Source: Candidatus Kapaibacterium sp. (lineage in GTDB: Bacteria; Patescibacteriota; Patescibacteriia; UBA9934). Taken from it: DNA of 43,189 nucleotides. The stretch is from the NCBI GenBank assembly GCA_044350705.1, contig JBILHA010000001.1, positions 310,242 through 353,430 of the forward strand, given 5' to 3'. The notes beneath the pieces were generated by a model. The model was not told where the DNA came from. It did no database searches and worked only from the letters and a program-made list of their open reading frames with translations. The translations under genes were made by a program, and so were the position numbers. The stretch's first letter is position 1. The number at the start of each line of letters is the position of its first letter. Positions 1 to 9,589 of the stretch are shown here, piece after piece.

Positions 1-1080
1 TATAAGCGAAACTTGGCTTCACGCGCGCAAAATAAGATCAAGCATATTGCTCGATTGCGATCTCAGATGCAGGTGATCGGCAAGGAGTTGGCTTCGGCGC
101 GCATTGTTATTCCTACGCCGCATATTACGGCGGGAACTGCAGTACGTGTTGAGAGGGCGTCGATTGGATATGGTGACCATGTATTAGCGTCTGATATTTC
201 CTTTGAGATTAAGCGGGGAGAGAAGGTGGTTATTGCTGGAGAAAATGGAAGAGGGAAGACAACGCTCTTAAAAGCACTTGCTGGCAAACATGATCCGCTT
301 TCAGGAAAGGTAAAGTGGTGGCATCATGCCAAAATCGGCTATTATGATCAGAAAACCGATGCGACGCTTATCCCTCATGAAACCGTGCTCGCATATTTGA
401 CGCGTCTTGCTCCTGCCGATGCTTCTGGGGAGCGCTTGCTCATGATGGCCGGAAATTTTTTGTTTAGAAATGATGATTTAGAGAAAACGACGAGTGTTCT
501 TTCGGGAGGTGAACGAGCGCGCCTGTGTTTGGCAGGAATTTTGCTCCATGAGTACAATGTACTCATTCTTGATGAACCTACGAACCATCTGGATGTGGAA
601 ACTGCAGAGAATCTTGCAGAGGCACTCAGGGAATATGGAGGAACGGTGATTATCGTTTCTCATGCACGTACGTTTGTGAATGCGCTTGTAGATCGAACGC
701 TTGAGTTGCGAGAAGGATCTCTCAAGGAATTTCCTGGATCGTACGAGGCGTATGTGCAAGATTTGGAAACACGAGCTGCGGAAGAGGCGTTGCGTGCGGT
801 ACGAGAGCAGCGGCCTGAGGTGCCTACGGCCCAGGCACTTTCTCATGCAGAGCGAAAGGCGCTTCTCAAACAAAAAGAGCGGGTGGTTGAGAAGACGCAA
901 GAAGAGATGGAGAAGCTTGATAAAGAGAAAAGTGCTATCCTTGCGTACTTCTTTGAATATCCGACCGACTATTCTCCTGAACGTTCTCAGCGTCTTCGAG
1001 AAATTGAAAGTGTGTTACCAGGATTAGAAATGCTCTGGTTAGAGGCCCAGAAAGATCTTGATGCATTAAAAGGACTATGA
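1..1080 (+). CDS. ABC-F family ATP-binding protein (5'-truncated; second ABC domain plus coiled-coil C-terminus)
   Basis: Frame open from base 1; Walker A GENGRGKTT, signature LSGGERARL, Walker B LILDEPTNHLD, H-loop IVSH; no TM segments; Uup/YheS-like C-terminal coil. Confidence 0.9.
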   Translation, partial: YKRNLASRAQNKIKHIARLRSQMQVIGKELASARIVIPTPHITAGTAVRVERASIGYGDHVLASDISFEIKRGEKVVIAGENGRGKTTLLKALAGKHDPLSGKVKWWHHAKIGYYDQKTDATLIPHETVLAYLTRLAPADASGERLLMMAGNFLFRNDDLEKTTSVLSGGERARLCLAGILLHEYNVLILDEPTNHLDVETAENLAEALREYGGTVIIVSHARTFVNALVDRTLELREGSLKEFPGSYEAYVQDLETRAAEEALRAVREQRPEVPTAQALSHAERKALLKQKERVVEKTQEEMEKLDKEKSAILAYFFEYPTDYSPERSQRLREIESVLPGLEMLWLEAQKDLDALKGL

Positions 1081-1979
1081 ATCTCGCGATAGAAATTATT
1101 GATTTACAAAAGACGTATAAGTCTGGAACAAAAGCTCTCCAGGGAGCTTCGCTTTCCGTAAAACAAGGAGAGTGCTTTGCGCTTTTGGGACCAAATGGCG
1201 CGGGGAAGTCGACTATTATTGGTATTTTGACCGGCTTGGTGAATCCCACGAGTGGGGAGGTCAAGGTTATGGGAGTTGATGCTTTGCAACACCCCTCTGA
1301 AGCGAAGGCTTGCATTGGTGTGGTTCCTCAAGAATTTAATTTTAATATTTTTGAGACCGTTGAAGATATTGTCCTGAGTCAGGCCGGTTATTACGGAGTC
1401 CCTCTTGATGTTGCTCGTCCTCGTTGTGAGCAGATTTTGAAAGATCTTGGACTTTGGGATAAGCGTAGCGCGAAGTCCATGACGCTTTCTGGAGGCATGA
1501 AGCGTCGTCTCATGATTGCTCGAGCGCTTTGTCATCAGCCGAAGATTCTCATTCTTGATGAACCTACTGCGGGGGTAGACGTTGAGCTTCGACGAGGGAT
1601 GTGGGATTACCTTCGTAAACTTCATGCGTCTGGAACGACCATTATTCTTACCTCGCATTATGTTGAAGATGTAGAGGCGCTTTGTTCTCGCATGGCTATT
1701 ATTAAAGACGGAAAAGTGCTTCGTGAAGATCGTGTGCAAAATGTACTGCAGACCGTAGGAAAAGAGCATTACACCCTCACCGTTGATCATGCTGTTCCTT
1801 CTCGGGAGTGGGAGGTAAAGGATGAGCGAACCATTGTCGTCGAAAATGATGAAAGACTCGGTCTTGATCCTATTCTCAAAAAAGTAAATGAGGCAGGTAT
1901 GCGTATTCTTGATGTTCGTCAGAACGCGAATCGTCTTGAAGAGCTTCTTCTCCAAGTAACTTCTTCTCGTACCGTATGA
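1077..1979 (+). CDS. ABC-2 type exporter ATP-binding subunit (YadG-like)
   Basis: GPNGAGKST, LSGGMKRR, LILDEPTAGVD, GVVPQEFNFN; ATGA overlap with upstream gene. Confidence 0.9.
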   Translation: MNLAIEIIDLQKTYKSGTKALQGASLSVKQGECFALLGPNGAGKSTIIGILTGLVNPTSGEVKVMGVDALQHPSEAKACIGVVPQEFNFNIFETVEDIVLSQAGYYGVPLDVARPRCEQILKDLGLWDKRSAKSMTLSGGMKRRLMIARALCHQPKILILDEPTAGVDVELRRGMWDYLRKLHASGTTIILTSHYVEDVEALCSRMAIIKDGKVLREDRVQNVLQTVGKEHYTLTVDHAVPSREWEVKDERTIVVENDERLGLDPILKKVNEAGMRILDVRQNANRLEELLLQVTSSRTV

Positions 1980-2749
1980 ACTCTACTCATGTCTGGATTC
2001 CTCTTTACACCATTGTTCGTAAAGAGATCATTCGTATTTTCCGCATTTGGAAACAAACGCTTCTTCCCCCGGTCATTACACAAACACTCTACTTTCTAGT
2101 ATTCGGTGCATTCATTGGATCGCGCATTTCTGATATTGATGGATTGCCGTATATTGCTTTCATTGTTCCGGGCCTCATCATGATGGTGGTGATTCAAAAT
2201 GCATTCGCGAATACCGTAAGTTCATTCTTTGGTGCGAAGTTCATGCATAACATAGATGAGATTCTCGTATCTCCTACGCCGAATAGCGTGATGCTTTCAG
2301 GGTATGTACTCGGAGGAGTGCTTCGAGGAGTCATAACCGGCTTCTTAGTTTTCCTGATTTCACTCTTTTTCGCTCATCCTACCGTTGAGCATGTATGGGC
2401 GATTATTGTTTTTACCTTCTTAACTTCACTTATCTTTTCGCTTCTCGGTTTCACGAACTCGCTCTTTGCAAAATCGTTTGATGATGTGGGAATATTTACG
2501 ACGTTTCTTATTGTTCCCTTGACGTATCTTGGAGGGGTCTTTTATACCATTGACCATCTCCCTGAACCTTGGAAGACTATATCGCTGTTTAATCCTATTG
2601 TGTATATGGTAGATGGATTGCGATATGGTTTCTTTGGGGCTTCAAGTACCAATCCTTGGTTGTCAGCAGTAGCGTTAACCGTACTTTGTATCGCGCTCTT
2701 TGTGTTTAATATGCATCTTTTGAAAAAGGGGAGCGGACTGAGAAATTAG
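1976..2749 (+). CDS. ABC-2 type permease (YadH-like)
   Basis: KEIIRIFRIWKQTLLPPVI, YIAFIVPGLIMM, PLTYLGGVFY, NPIVYMVDGLRYG; about 6 TM; ATGA-coupled to the ATPase. Confidence 0.9.
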   Translation: MNSTHVWIPLYTIVRKEIIRIFRIWKQTLLPPVITQTLYFLVFGAFIGSRISDIDGLPYIAFIVPGLIMMVVIQNAFANTVSSFFGAKFMHNIDEILVSPTPNSVMLSGYVLGGVLRGVITGFLVFLISLFFAHPTVEHVWAIIVFTFLTSLIFSLLGFTNSLFAKSFDDVGIFTTFLIVPLTYLGGVFYTIDHLPEPWKTISLFNPIVYMVDGLRYGFFGASSTNPWLSAVALTVLCIALFVFNMHLLKKGSGLRN

Positions 2750-2754
2750 TTTCT

Positions 2755-3168
2755 ATGAAGCATCGTCAACACGAATATCCTCGCATTCCTTTTTCTGGCA
2801 TTAAACTTCGTCGTGGTCTTTCGGGGTTTGGTATTTTTGCTACTGAACCTATAAAAAAAGGAACGTTCATCATTGAGTATTGGGGCCCTTTGCTCAATGA
2901 TGAAGAAACGACGAAAAAAGGAGGGAAGTATCTTTTTGAAGTGGCTAAAAATAAAACCATCGACGGATCATCCCGCAAGAATACTGCCCGTTACATTAAT
3001 CATGCGTGTAAACCTAATTGCGAGGTAACCATTACCCGGGGTCGCGTGTTTATCCATGCGATCAAGAATATCAAGGAGGGAGAAGAGCTGACCTATGATT
3101 ATGGGAAAGAATATGTCGATGAGTATATTAAGCCATATGGTTGTCGATGTAAGACGTGTAAGAAATAA
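2755..3168 (+). CDS. SET domain lysine methyltransferase with post-SET cysteines
   Basis: GFGIFA, RYINHACKPN, ELTYDYG, CRCKTC. Confidence 0.9.
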   Translation: MKHRQHEYPRIPFSGIKLRRGLSGFGIFATEPIKKGTFIIEYWGPLLNDEETTKKGGKYLFEVAKNKTIDGSSRKNTARYINHACKPNCEVTITRGRVFIHAIKNIKEGEELTYDYGKEYVDEYIKPYGCRCKTCKK

Positions 3169-3201
3169 AAAATCGTCCTGATTATCTCAGGACGATTTTT
3201 T
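3167..3201. terminator. Bidirectional intrinsic terminator
   Basis: AAAAAATCGTCCTGA-ttatc-TCAGGACGATTTTTT between convergent genes. Confidence 0.85.
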
Positions 3202-3203
3202 AT

Positions 3204-3734
3204 TTATTCAAGATTCAAATCTTCTAACGCTGGTGCTTCAGGCTTATTTTCTGAAAAAGATTCAGCCTTGTTTTCGCGAGCAATGCGACGGAGTTGAGAA
3301 AGGATGACATCGAGCTTTGCTTCAATGGACTGAAGACGCTCTTCGGTTGTCTTGCTTTCTGATCCCCGACTAAAGCGGTCTCCTCCAAAAGAGCGCTTTT
3401 CTCTAAAGGAAGGACGATCTCCGCCAAAGCGGTCGCTTCCAAAGTTGCGAGATCCGCGATCATTCCCCCCTTCTTCCTTACGGAAGCAGTTTGAGCAGAG
3501 AACTGGTTTTCGTCCATTTGGGCGGAAAGGCACTTGGCAATCATTGCCACATTCACCGCAGTTTGCGTCGAACATTTCGCGGTCTTCACCGTCATTAAAA
3601 CGGGGCTTAAAACCCCCACGTCCACCGCCGAATCCACCACGGGTTCCGCCGCCAAAACCGCCTCCAAAGCGATTTCCTCCTTTATTTCCTTTAAATCCGC
3701 CCCCGAACCCAGCTCCCTGAGAAAATTTATTCAT
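3204..3734 (-). CDS. CxxC-x17-CxxC zinc-ribbon protein with Gly/Phe/Arg-rich tails
   Basis: MFDANCGECGNDCQVPFRPNGRKPVLCSNCF flanked by GGF/RGG low-complexity sequence. Confidence 0.85.
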   Translation of the reverse strand: MNKFSQGAGFGGGFKGNKGGNRFGGGFGGGTRGGFGGGRGGFKPRFNDGEDREMFDANCGECGNDCQVPFRPNGRKPVLCSNCFRKEEGGNDRGSRNFGSDRFGGDRPSFREKRSFGGDRFSRGSESKTTEERLQSIEAKLDVILSQLRRIARENKAESFSENKPEAPALEDLNLE

Positions 3735-3793
3735 AAGAATTTACCTATAGTAAGCCATTTTTTGAAATAAAGCAAGTATTTCGTCGGGATGAA

Positions 3794-3821
3794 GAAAGCC
3801 ACCTTATGAAAGGTGGCTTTC
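3794..3821 (-). terminator. Hairpin terminator after trhO
   Basis: GAAAGCCACCTT-atga-AAGGTGGCTTTC. Confidence 0.6.
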
Positions 3822-3826
3822 CTGGT

Positions 3827-4825
3827 TTACGAGGAATGGATCTTGAATGCTGCTTTTCTGCCCTTGCGCAGCTTGCTGCGTTCTTCTGGTGTAAGGGCGG
3901 CGATTTTTTTACATGCTTCGGAACAGGTTCCGAGCATGGTTTCTCGACAGGTATTGCATTGAATGAAGAGTGCGTGGCAAAGATCGCTCTTGCAGTTGTC
4001 GTAAGTATCAGCAGGGGATTTGCAGGTAAAGCATTTTCCGAGAACTTCATCGGTGACTGCTTCCGCCATGCGTCCGTCAAAAACAAAGTTTTTGCCATGG
4101 AATTTACTTGAGAGTCCTTCGCGTTCAATTTCGTGTTTGTAGTTGATGATGCCGCCGTAGAGTTGGTTTACGTCGGTGAACCCTTCGTGTTTCAGAAAAG
4201 CGCTTGCCTTTTCGCAGCGAATTCCCCCGGTGCAATATAAGAGAATCTTTTCATCCTTTTTGTCCGCAAGTGTTTTGATGACTTCTTGAAGTTCGTCGCT
4301 AAATGTTTGCGAGAGAGGAGTGATGGCTCCCTCAAATTTTCCGATATCACTTTCGTATTTGTTTCTCATGTCAACGACAATTGCGCCTTTTTCAATTGCT
4401 TCGTTGAATGCCTTTGCATCAAGATGCGTTCCTACGTTGCTGATATCGTAGGTTCCTGCGGGAAGATTGTCGGCTACGATTTGTTTGCGTACTTTTATCG
4501 TGAGTTTCCAGAAAGAGAGATCGGGTTCTTCGATTGCGAACTTGAAAGGAATGCCGGTAAATTCGGGGACACTTTCAAGGTGTGTGCGAAATGCTTCGAG
4601 TTGTGGTTCGGGGACGTTGATTTGTGCATTTATTCCTTCGTGTGCGAGGTATACGCGACCGAGCACGCCCATTTCTGACCATGCGGCAAAAAGAGCATCA
4701 CGAAGACTTTCGGGATTTCGTATTGAAACATAACGATAAAACGAAAGTGTTTTTCTTGCGAAGGATTCTTGAGCAATATGCGCTTTCGCTTCTGCGGCAC
4801 TTAGGTTGTTTCGTAGTTTGTACAT
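3827..4825 (-). CDS. trhO: Rhodanese-related tRNA U34 hydroxylase (TrhO/YceA, UPF0176)
   Basis: LSFYRY, GRVYLAHEGINAQ, DMRNKYE, YCTGGIRCEKAS, QLYGGI, GKNFVFDGR, Cys-rich C-terminus. Confidence 0.88.
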   Translation of the reverse strand: MYKLRNNLSAAEAKAHIAQESFARKTLSFYRYVSIRNPESLRDALFAAWSEMGVLGRVYLAHEGINAQINVPEPQLEAFRTHLESVPEFTGIPFKFAIEEPDLSFWKLTIKVRKQIVADNLPAGTYDISNVGTHLDAKAFNEAIEKGAIVVDMRNKYESDIGKFEGAITPLSQTFSDELQEVIKTLADKKDEKILLYCTGGIRCEKASAFLKHEGFTDVNQLYGGIINYKHEIEREGLSSKFHGKNFVFDGRMAEAVTDEVLGKCFTCKSPADTYDNCKSDLCHALFIQCNTCRETMLGTCSEACKKIAALTPEERSKLRKGRKAAFKIHSS

Positions 4826-4829
4826 ATAC

Positions 4830-6287
4830 TTATTCGAGACTGCCTAAATCGAGCGTTTGGGTAAACGTTATTTCTTTTACGAAGTCAGGAACGTGACTCA
4901 CCATGATAATCGCGCCTTCGTAGTTTTCGAGGGCGCGGGCGATGACCGGGATGTGGCGGAAGTTGATGTGGTTGGTGGGTTCGTCGAGAATGAGAAGTCC
5001 TGGCTTTTGAAGGACGAAGCGTGCAAAGCAGAGAAGTCCTTTTTGCCCTTCGGAAAGAGATCCTACTTTCGTTGCGAGCTCATCGCCGCTTAAGAGAAAA
5101 TGTGCGCCTGTTGCTCGGATCGTTTGATTATCAGCGGGAGCTGGCATCATTTCCTCGAGTGCTTGATAGGCGGTTTTCTCAAAATCAAGGCCGCTGAAAT
5201 CTTGGCGGTAGTATCCAACTCGTACATCCTTCGCGATGACTGCGCCTTCGTCATCTCCTGCGGCGAGTGAGCGGAGGAAGGTGCTCTTGCCGATGCCGTT
5301 TGGTCCTTCGATGAGCAGGCGCTGACCTTTGCGAAGGAATACTTTAGCTTGTACGCGTTTTGGTTCGTGATTCTTGATAACGTTGAGCGAGGAGATGGTT
5401 ACTACGTTATCTGACCATGTTTGTGGAGGAATGGTGAAATCACGGATGGTGCGATCGTCGCGACGCACTTCGACCATGTTTTCTTCAGCTTCTTCAACTT
5501 GATCACGCAGTTTGCTTGCGAGCTTACGCATCTTTCCTCCCTTGTGCGCAAAGAAGTTAATTTTATCTTTACGATCTTGAATTTCTTTGAGCAAGCGTGC
5601 ATTTTTCATGCGATCGCGTTCAACCTGTGCTGAAATTTCTTCGACCACGTCGAGATAGTTCCCTTCATAGCGATTTACTTTTCCGGTATATACATCAAGA
5701 TGCAACACACCTTCGGTGAAGCTGTTTAAAAAGTCTGCATCGTGGGAGATGACCAAAACGGTTTTTGGATACATGATGAGGAATCCGGTGAGGTGTGCGA
5801 TACCGTCAGCGTCTAAGTTGTTTGTTGGCTCGTCGAGCAAGAGGATCTCTGGTTCTTGGATGAGTGCATAGGCAAGGAGTAGACGTGCGAGCTGTCCTCC
5901 GGAGAAATCTTTGATGATTTTCTCAAGCGGTGTAGAAAAGTTTACGGTTTCAAGAACATCGGCGATGCGTTTATCAAGGTCGTACATCTTTTCTTCAAAT
6001 GCGGTTGCAAAATACTCACGAACGGTTTTGTCCATGTGTTCTTTCGGCATGACCTGTTTTGCGATAGCAATTTTTGCTCCTTGTTTAATGTGGATTTCTC
6101 CTCGATCCGGCTTGAGGTCTCCGGTAAGAAGTTTAAAAAGGGTGCTTTTTCCCGCACCGTTTTGTCCCATAACGGTAAATTTTGCATCTTCTCGCATGGA
6201 GAAAGATGCTTCGTCGAGAATGGGATTTTCTGCATCGTATCCGAATGAAACGTTTTCAAAACGTAGAATGACATTGCCGTGATCCAT
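4830..6287 (-). CDS. ABC-F family ATP-binding protein
   Basis: Two ABC domains (GQNGAGKST...LLLDEPTNNLD; GPNGIGKST...LILDEPTNHI) with linker, no TM. Confidence 0.9.
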   Translation of the reverse strand: MDHGNVILRFENVSFGYDAENPILDEASFSMREDAKFTVMGQNGAGKSTLFKLLTGDLKPDRGEIHIKQGAKIAIAKQVMPKEHMDKTVREYFATAFEEKMYDLDKRIADVLETVNFSTPLEKIIKDFSGGQLARLLLAYALIQEPEILLLDEPTNNLDADGIAHLTGFLIMYPKTVLVISHDADFLNSFTEGVLHLDVYTGKVNRYEGNYLDVVEEISAQVERDRMKNARLLKEIQDRKDKINFFAHKGGKMRKLASKLRDQVEEAEENMVEVRRDDRTIRDFTIPPQTWSDNVVTISSLNVIKNHEPKRVQAKVFLRKGQRLLIEGPNGIGKSTFLRSLAAGDDEGAVIAKDVRVGYYRQDFSGLDFEKTAYQALEEMMPAPADNQTIRATGAHFLLSGDELATKVGSLSEGQKGLLCFARFVLQKPGLLILDEPTNHINFRHIPVIARALENYEGAIIMVSHVPDFVKEITFTQTLDLGSLE

Positions 6288-6417
6288 AGAAAAAATTTGG
6301 CCAAACTATGCCACAAATTGACAAGAAACACAAGTATGCTGTTACTATGGAAGTACTCTGACCAAAGAGCGCTTTCTTTCCCCTGAATTTTTTTCTGGAG
6401 ACGCAGTTTCTCGCGCG

Positions 6418-6588
6418 ATGACGGAGATTTCCGCGTTGCGCCAGGCAATGTCTGTTGAAGGGGCAATGGATGCAGAAGGTCCTGTCTTTGAGGCGATTTT
6501 GCGAGATTTGGAAGCGGGGAAGCTTTCTCCTGATGAAGCGCTCGCGCGAGCACATGCGATAAATACTTCTCGAGGGAGTTATCACTGA
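6418..6588 (+). CDS. Small helical hypothetical protein, absent from the ORF track (start uncertain: ATG 6418 or CTG 6358)
   Basis: Frame open 6322-6588: MTEISALRQAMSVEGAMDAEGPVFEAILRDLEAGKLSPDEALARAHAINTSRGSYH*; TTGACA at 6318 upstream and a terminator downstream. Confidence 0.6.
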   Translation: MTEISALRQAMSVEGAMDAEGPVFEAILRDLEAGKLSPDEALARAHAINTSRGSYH

Positions 6589-6602
6589 AGAAAAGATTTT
6601 AT

Positions 6603-6630
6603 AAAAAATCGAGCTATTCGCTCGATTTTT
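6603..6630. terminator. Intrinsic terminator
   Basis: AAAAATCGAGC-tattc-GCTCGATTTTT. Confidence 0.75.
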
Positions 6631-6702
6631 ATTTTTTCTTTCCGTTTTTTTTCGGTTTTTTCACTTCTTTCCGCATTCCTGTTCCTTTAGCCATATCTTC
6701 AC

Positions 6703-7950
6703 CTAAGATTTATGCGGTAAGTGTAGCATGGATCCGGCAAGATGACCTGCTGCCCAAGAGGCTTGCAAGTTAAAGCCTCCGGTGAAGCCGTCGACATTGA
6801 GAATCTCTCCTGCAAAGGAGAGACCGGGGCAGATTTTAGATTGCATGGTGCGTGGATCGACTTCATCAGTATGGACTCCACCTGCGGTAACAAATTCATC
6901 TCCTGCGCCACGCTGAATGACGGAAAGAGGAAGGGCTTTTAGCCACCCGCACACTTTATTAAGTTCTTTCTTTGAAATTTCATTGGCATGTTTCGTGCGG
7001 TTGATATGCATTTCTTCGAGTGCGATTTCTGCAAGTGAACTTGGCACACCCATGCTTATAACGTTTTCGAAAAGTTTCTTGGGATTTTGCTGTACAAGTT
7101 CTTCAAGATCTTTTTTGAGTTCGTCGAAGGAAGCATGAGGAAAGAGATCAATGGTGATGGCAAGCGGCTGTTCTTTTGTGTATGTCTCAAATGCAACAAG
7201 TGCAGAAAGCGCAAATACCGCTGGTCCGCTGATGCCTTTGTGAGTAAAGAGAAAAGGTCCTGAAAATGAATAGGTTTTCTCTCTTTTTGCGGTAATCGTT
7301 GCATGTTCAAAGGAGAGTCCCGAAATACGCGCCGTCCACGTTTCTTTCGTGAAGAAGGCATTGAGGCTCGGCGCGAGGGCGGTAATCGTATGTCCAAGTG
7401 ACGATGCGAATGCATAGCCGTCTCCCGTAGAGCCGGTTTGTCGGTAGGCTTGTCCGCCCGTGGTGAGGACGAGCTTGTCCACGATGACAGGGTCTGGATT
7501 TCCTTTGCAGTGAATGAAAAATTGTTCATTCTTTTTCTCAACGTGCGTAACTGCAGTTTTTAAAAATACACGTACTCCTGTTTGCTTGAAAAGATTTTCA
7601 AATATCCGAACAATATCTTTCCCGTCATCAGATTGAGGAAATACGCGATTGTCTTCTTGATTTTTGAGGGGGACTCCGCGTGACTCAAACCATGCGTAGG
7701 TAGCTTCAGGAGGAAATGCGTACATTGCTGAGGTGAGGAATTTTTCGCCGCGAGGATATTTTTTAAGCACGGTTTTTATGTCCTGTATTCCTGTCGTGAC
7801 ATTACATCGTCCCCCTCCTGAGATGATTACTTTTTTCCCAAGGCCATCATTTCTCTCAATAAGAAAAATTTCGGCATCAGGATGTTCCTGTTTTACGGTT
7901 GCGGCACACATCATTCCCGCTGCTCCTCCGCCAATAATTCCTACTCGCAT
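6703..7950 (-). CDS. HI0933/BaiN/YhiN-family flavoprotein oxidoreductase
   Basis: GGGAAG, GKKVIISGGGRCNVT, TGSTGDGY, LFTHKGISGPA, VTAGGV, GEILNVDGFTGGFNLQ. Confidence 0.92.
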   Translation of the reverse strand: MRVGIIGGGAAGMMCAATVKQEHPDAEIFLIERNDGLGKKVIISGGGRCNVTTGIQDIKTVLKKYPRGEKFLTSAMYAFPPEATYAWFESRGVPLKNQEDNRVFPQSDDGKDIVRIFENLFKQTGVRVFLKTAVTHVEKKNEQFFIHCKGNPDPVIVDKLVLTTGGQAYRQTGSTGDGYAFASSLGHTITALAPSLNAFFTKETWTARISGLSFEHATITAKREKTYSFSGPFLFTHKGISGPAVFALSALVAFETYTKEQPLAITIDLFPHASFDELKKDLEELVQQNPKKLFENVISMGVPSSLAEIALEEMHINRTKHANEISKKELNKVCGWLKALPLSVIQRGAGDEFVTAGGVHTDEVDPRTMQSKICPGLSFAGEILNVDGFTGGFNLQASWAAGHLAGSMLHLPHKS

Positions 7951-8055
7951 ATTGTAAGAAAGTTTAGCGTACCCTTGGTTTTTCCACTAGTCTTCCGAGA
8001 AGTCAAGTTGTCTTTTCTCTTTTCTTCATCTATCCTCAGAAAAATTTTTCTCTCT

Positions 8056-8862
8056 ATGTTTCTCACGATTATTACCGACTGTCAGGATGGTAACGCTCGC
8101 GCACGCCAGGAAACTCGTTATAGCGTTTTGTTTCCCGGGGTAAATACTAGCTTCATTGGTGTTTGTTCTGATACTGAAGCTGCCGGAAATCTTATTGACG
8201 TGCTCGATGCGGCAGGTGATGGGGAAGGGGTGATTGCGGTGAATGTTGCCCCTCGTCATAAGCAGGCAAAGAAATGGCCAAATGGAACGCCCTTTGGATA
8301 TTTTTGGCATAAGAAAATTTTGGTCGTATGTACCATTGACGGCGAAGTGCTTTCTTTGGTGAAGAAATTAGGGCTTGCTGATCATGTAAATGTCACTGAT
8401 ATTCGTACGGTACTTTCTTTTGCTGAATACTCTGCAGAGATCGTAGAGCACGCGGCACAATCACAGTTCCGAAGTTTTGATTACTTGCCTCGTTTGGCGC
8501 GTATTGCTTGGGATAAGCATGATGTACCTTCTGAGAAGCTCATGTTTACGGAAATTCCTGATGCATCTGCGGGAGTATGGTGGATTGATTCATTTGGAAA
8601 CTGTAAAACCACCCTTCTTGCGGATGAGATAGATTTTGTTCCTTATGAGAAGCGAGAGATTATTTTGAATGGTCTTGCAATTGAGGCAGCATGTTACCGT
8701 CAGCTCCGTGAAGTTCCTGATTATAAAACCGGGTTTACGTTGGGCAGTTCAGGATATGGTGATCGCCGATTTGTAGAATTGGTTGTACAAGGCACGAGCG
8801 CAGCAATGCATTACAACATTACAAAAAAAGATACGTTCCAAATTACTGAACACACCTCTTAA
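8056..8862 (+). CDS. SAM hydroxide adenosyltransferase / chlorinase-fluorinase-like (DUF62-related) protein
   Basis: N-terminal TIITD, VNVAPR, QFRSFD, WIDSFGNCKT, GSSG..VELVVQG.SAA; start moved to ATG 8056. Confidence 0.65.
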   Translation: MFLTIITDCQDGNARARQETRYSVLFPGVNTSFIGVCSDTEAAGNLIDVLDAAGDGEGVIAVNVAPRHKQAKKWPNGTPFGYFWHKKILVVCTIDGEVLSLVKKLGLADHVNVTDIRTVLSFAEYSAEIVEHAAQSQFRSFDYLPRLARIAWDKHDVPSEKLMFTEIPDASAGVWWIDSFGNCKTTLLADEIDFVPYEKREIILNGLAIEAACYRQLREVPDYKTGFTLGSSGYGDRRFVELVVQGTSAAMHYNITKKDTFQITEHTS

Positions 8863-8890
8863 AAGCAGCTTTGGTCAATAATGGAAATAT

Positions 8891-9514
8891 ATGCCAAGGA
8901 AGAAAGGGATTTCAAAACAAGAACAACTTGATGAAATTGCCCAGGCACTTGCTGCTTCTTCTTGTCCCTTGCGTGTTACGGCGACACGAGCCGTACCAGG
9001 AGAGGGGAATCCCGATGCAGATATTTTGTTTATTGGAGAAGCTCCAGGAAAAAATGAAGACCTTACCGGGAGGCCGTTTATCGGCGCAGCTGGGAAGGTG
9101 CTTTCCGGTCTTTTGGAGTCCATTCGGATGACTCGAGAAGAGGTGTTCATTACGAGTATTGAAAAGTTTCGTCCCCCTCAAAATCGTGATCCTAAACCCG
9201 AGGAGGTTGAGGCATGTTTCCCATTTCTAGAAAGACAAATTGAAGTGATACGTCCAAAGATTATTGTGCCTATGGGGCGTCATGCTTTGCGATGGATTTT
9301 AGAATGGGAGAAGGGCGAAAGGATTGCGGGGAATATTGCGATGGAAACCTTTCATGGCAAGGCGATTCGAGGAAAGAAGGGTTACCTCTATTTTCCTATC
9401 CATCACCCTGCTGCACTTCTCTATAGTCGGAGTTTAACTCCGATGGTTGAAAAAGAATTCGCAATGATTCCAAAGCTGCTGAAGAAAGAGAGGAGCTCGT
9501 CACCCCGGGCTTGA
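8891..9514 (+). CDS. Uracil-DNA glycosylase, family 4-like
   Basis: GEGNPDADILFIGEAPG, ED..GRPF.G.AG, RPP.NRDP, HPAALL. Confidence 0.9.
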   Translation: MPRKKGISKQEQLDEIAQALAASSCPLRVTATRAVPGEGNPDADILFIGEAPGKNEDLTGRPFIGAAGKVLSGLLESIRMTREEVFITSIEKFRPPQNRDPKPEEVEACFPFLERQIEVIRPKIIVPMGRHALRWILEWEKGERIAGNIAMETFHGKAIRGKKGYLYFPIHHPAALLYSRSLTPMVEKEFAMIPKLLKKERSSSPRA

Positions 9515-9526
9515 CCCGGGATCCAG
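9499..9526. repeat. REP/RPE-like short palindromic element
   Basis: GTCACCCCGGGCTTGACCCGGGATCCAG; related copy at 22050; supplies the UDG stop codon. Confidence 0.6.
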
Positions 9527-9589
9527 TGTCGTCGCTGTCGGTTTATAGGAGATTTGAAGTGGAAGGAGGGTAAAAATTTATATCAAATC

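Noticed and set aside
1104-1955. 283-aa antisense ORF (likewise 18785-19702, 33522-34406, 5942-6553)
   Set aside because: Shadows of well-supported genes on the other strand or frame, with no recognisable motifs
3560-3720. GC-rich repetitive stretch resembling a repeat array or foreign DNA
   Set aside because: Explained by GGF/RGG low-complexity coding sequence
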